Of a stretch of DNA of 13,240 nucleotides, positions 13,142-13,240 are shown one piece after another; positions within the stretch are counted from its first letter, which is position 1, and every line of letters starts with the position of its first letter. The notes under the pieces are model-generated. The model did no database searches. It was given only the letters and a program-made list of their open reading frames with translations, and had not been told where the DNA came from. The translations under genes were made by a program, and so were the position numbers. The DNA comes from Planctomycetota bacterium (lineage in GTDB: Bacteria > Planctomycetota > Phycisphaerae > SM23-33), in contig DAOVZK010000058.1 of NCBI GenBank assembly GCA_030635145.1, positions 1-13,240 on the forward strand, given 5' to 3'.

Positions 13142-13240
13142 ATGAAAAAGTATATCGTAGAATTGACAACCGAAGAACGTTCCAAATTGGAAAATATTAT
13201 CAAGGCTAAGCGAATGGCGGCACATAAGCGGCACCACGCG
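13142..13240 (+). CDS. N-terminus of an IS630-family transposase (HTH domain). It is partial and runs off the window end.
   Basis: MKKYIVELTTEERSKLENIIKAKRMAAHKRHHA follows the LTxEERxxLExxxKxxKxxxRxxxRARIIL pattern typical of IS630/Tc1-like transposase N-terminal winged-helix domains. SD GGAGG lies 5 to 6 nt upstream. Confidence 0.45.
   Translation, partial: MKKYIVELTTEERSKLENIIKAKRMAAHKRHHA

Larger units (their letters stand above)
12943..13240 (+). mobile_element. Probable left end of an IS630/Tc1-mariner-family insertion sequence. The left boundary is not determined and the element continues past the window end.
   Basis: Base composition drops sharply after the accD stop, the region is repeat-rich, and a transposase-like ORF starts at 13142. 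No terminal inverted repeat can be assigned without the other end. Confidence 0.3.

Noticed and set aside
1-13240. CRISPR arrays, tRNA or rRNA genes
   Set aside because: No regularly spaced direct repeats with unique spacers were found. No cloverleaf-compatible segments with GTTCRANYC T-loop motifs were found in the non-coding stretches. No rRNA-like sequence was found.

Overview
This 13.2-kb window is chromosomal DNA, most likely from a PVC-superphylum (Planctomycetota-like) bacterium; the basis is two PEP-CTERM proteins plus a DUF1559 prepilin-like protein. All protein calls rest on hand translation and remembered family motifs; no database search or RNA folding was possible, so family assignments and repeat copy numbers are unverified.

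1) Left end, minus strand: an accessory cell-surface cluster of two secreted PEP-CTERM proteins followed, 5 nt after the second stop, by a DUF1559 protein that runs off the window.

2) An 856-bp non-coding stretch (2529..3385) lies upstream, and it carries several inverted-repeat candidates.

3) A plus-strand HU gene with a clear bidirectional rho-independent terminator sits next.

4) A minus-strand block follows:
- a secreted parvulin PPIase
- an NfeD/YqiJ-like membrane protein with a His/Asp-rich (HD)n insert
- an SPFH/flotillin protein
- hypA
- hypB
No hydrogenase or urease gene is visible in the window.

5) A plus-strand housekeeping run follows: pgk, rpe, a histidine-phosphatase (dPGM-like) paralogue with all catalytic residues substituted and an 8-nt overlap with accD, then accD.

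6) The right edge is AT-rich, full of TTCCAA/TTGGAA palindromes, and ends with the start of an IS630-like transposase.

The most unusual signal is non-coding: a ~215-bp nested GC-rich mega-palindrome between the flotillin terminator and hypA, flanked by a duplicated ~40-bp segment. A 37-bp hairpin with a conserved loop is used twice as a minus-strand terminator. An ACAGGAT repeat array sits between hypA and hypB and can pair across the hypB ribosome-binding region. A tandem-hairpin sRNA-like element lies after the HU terminator.
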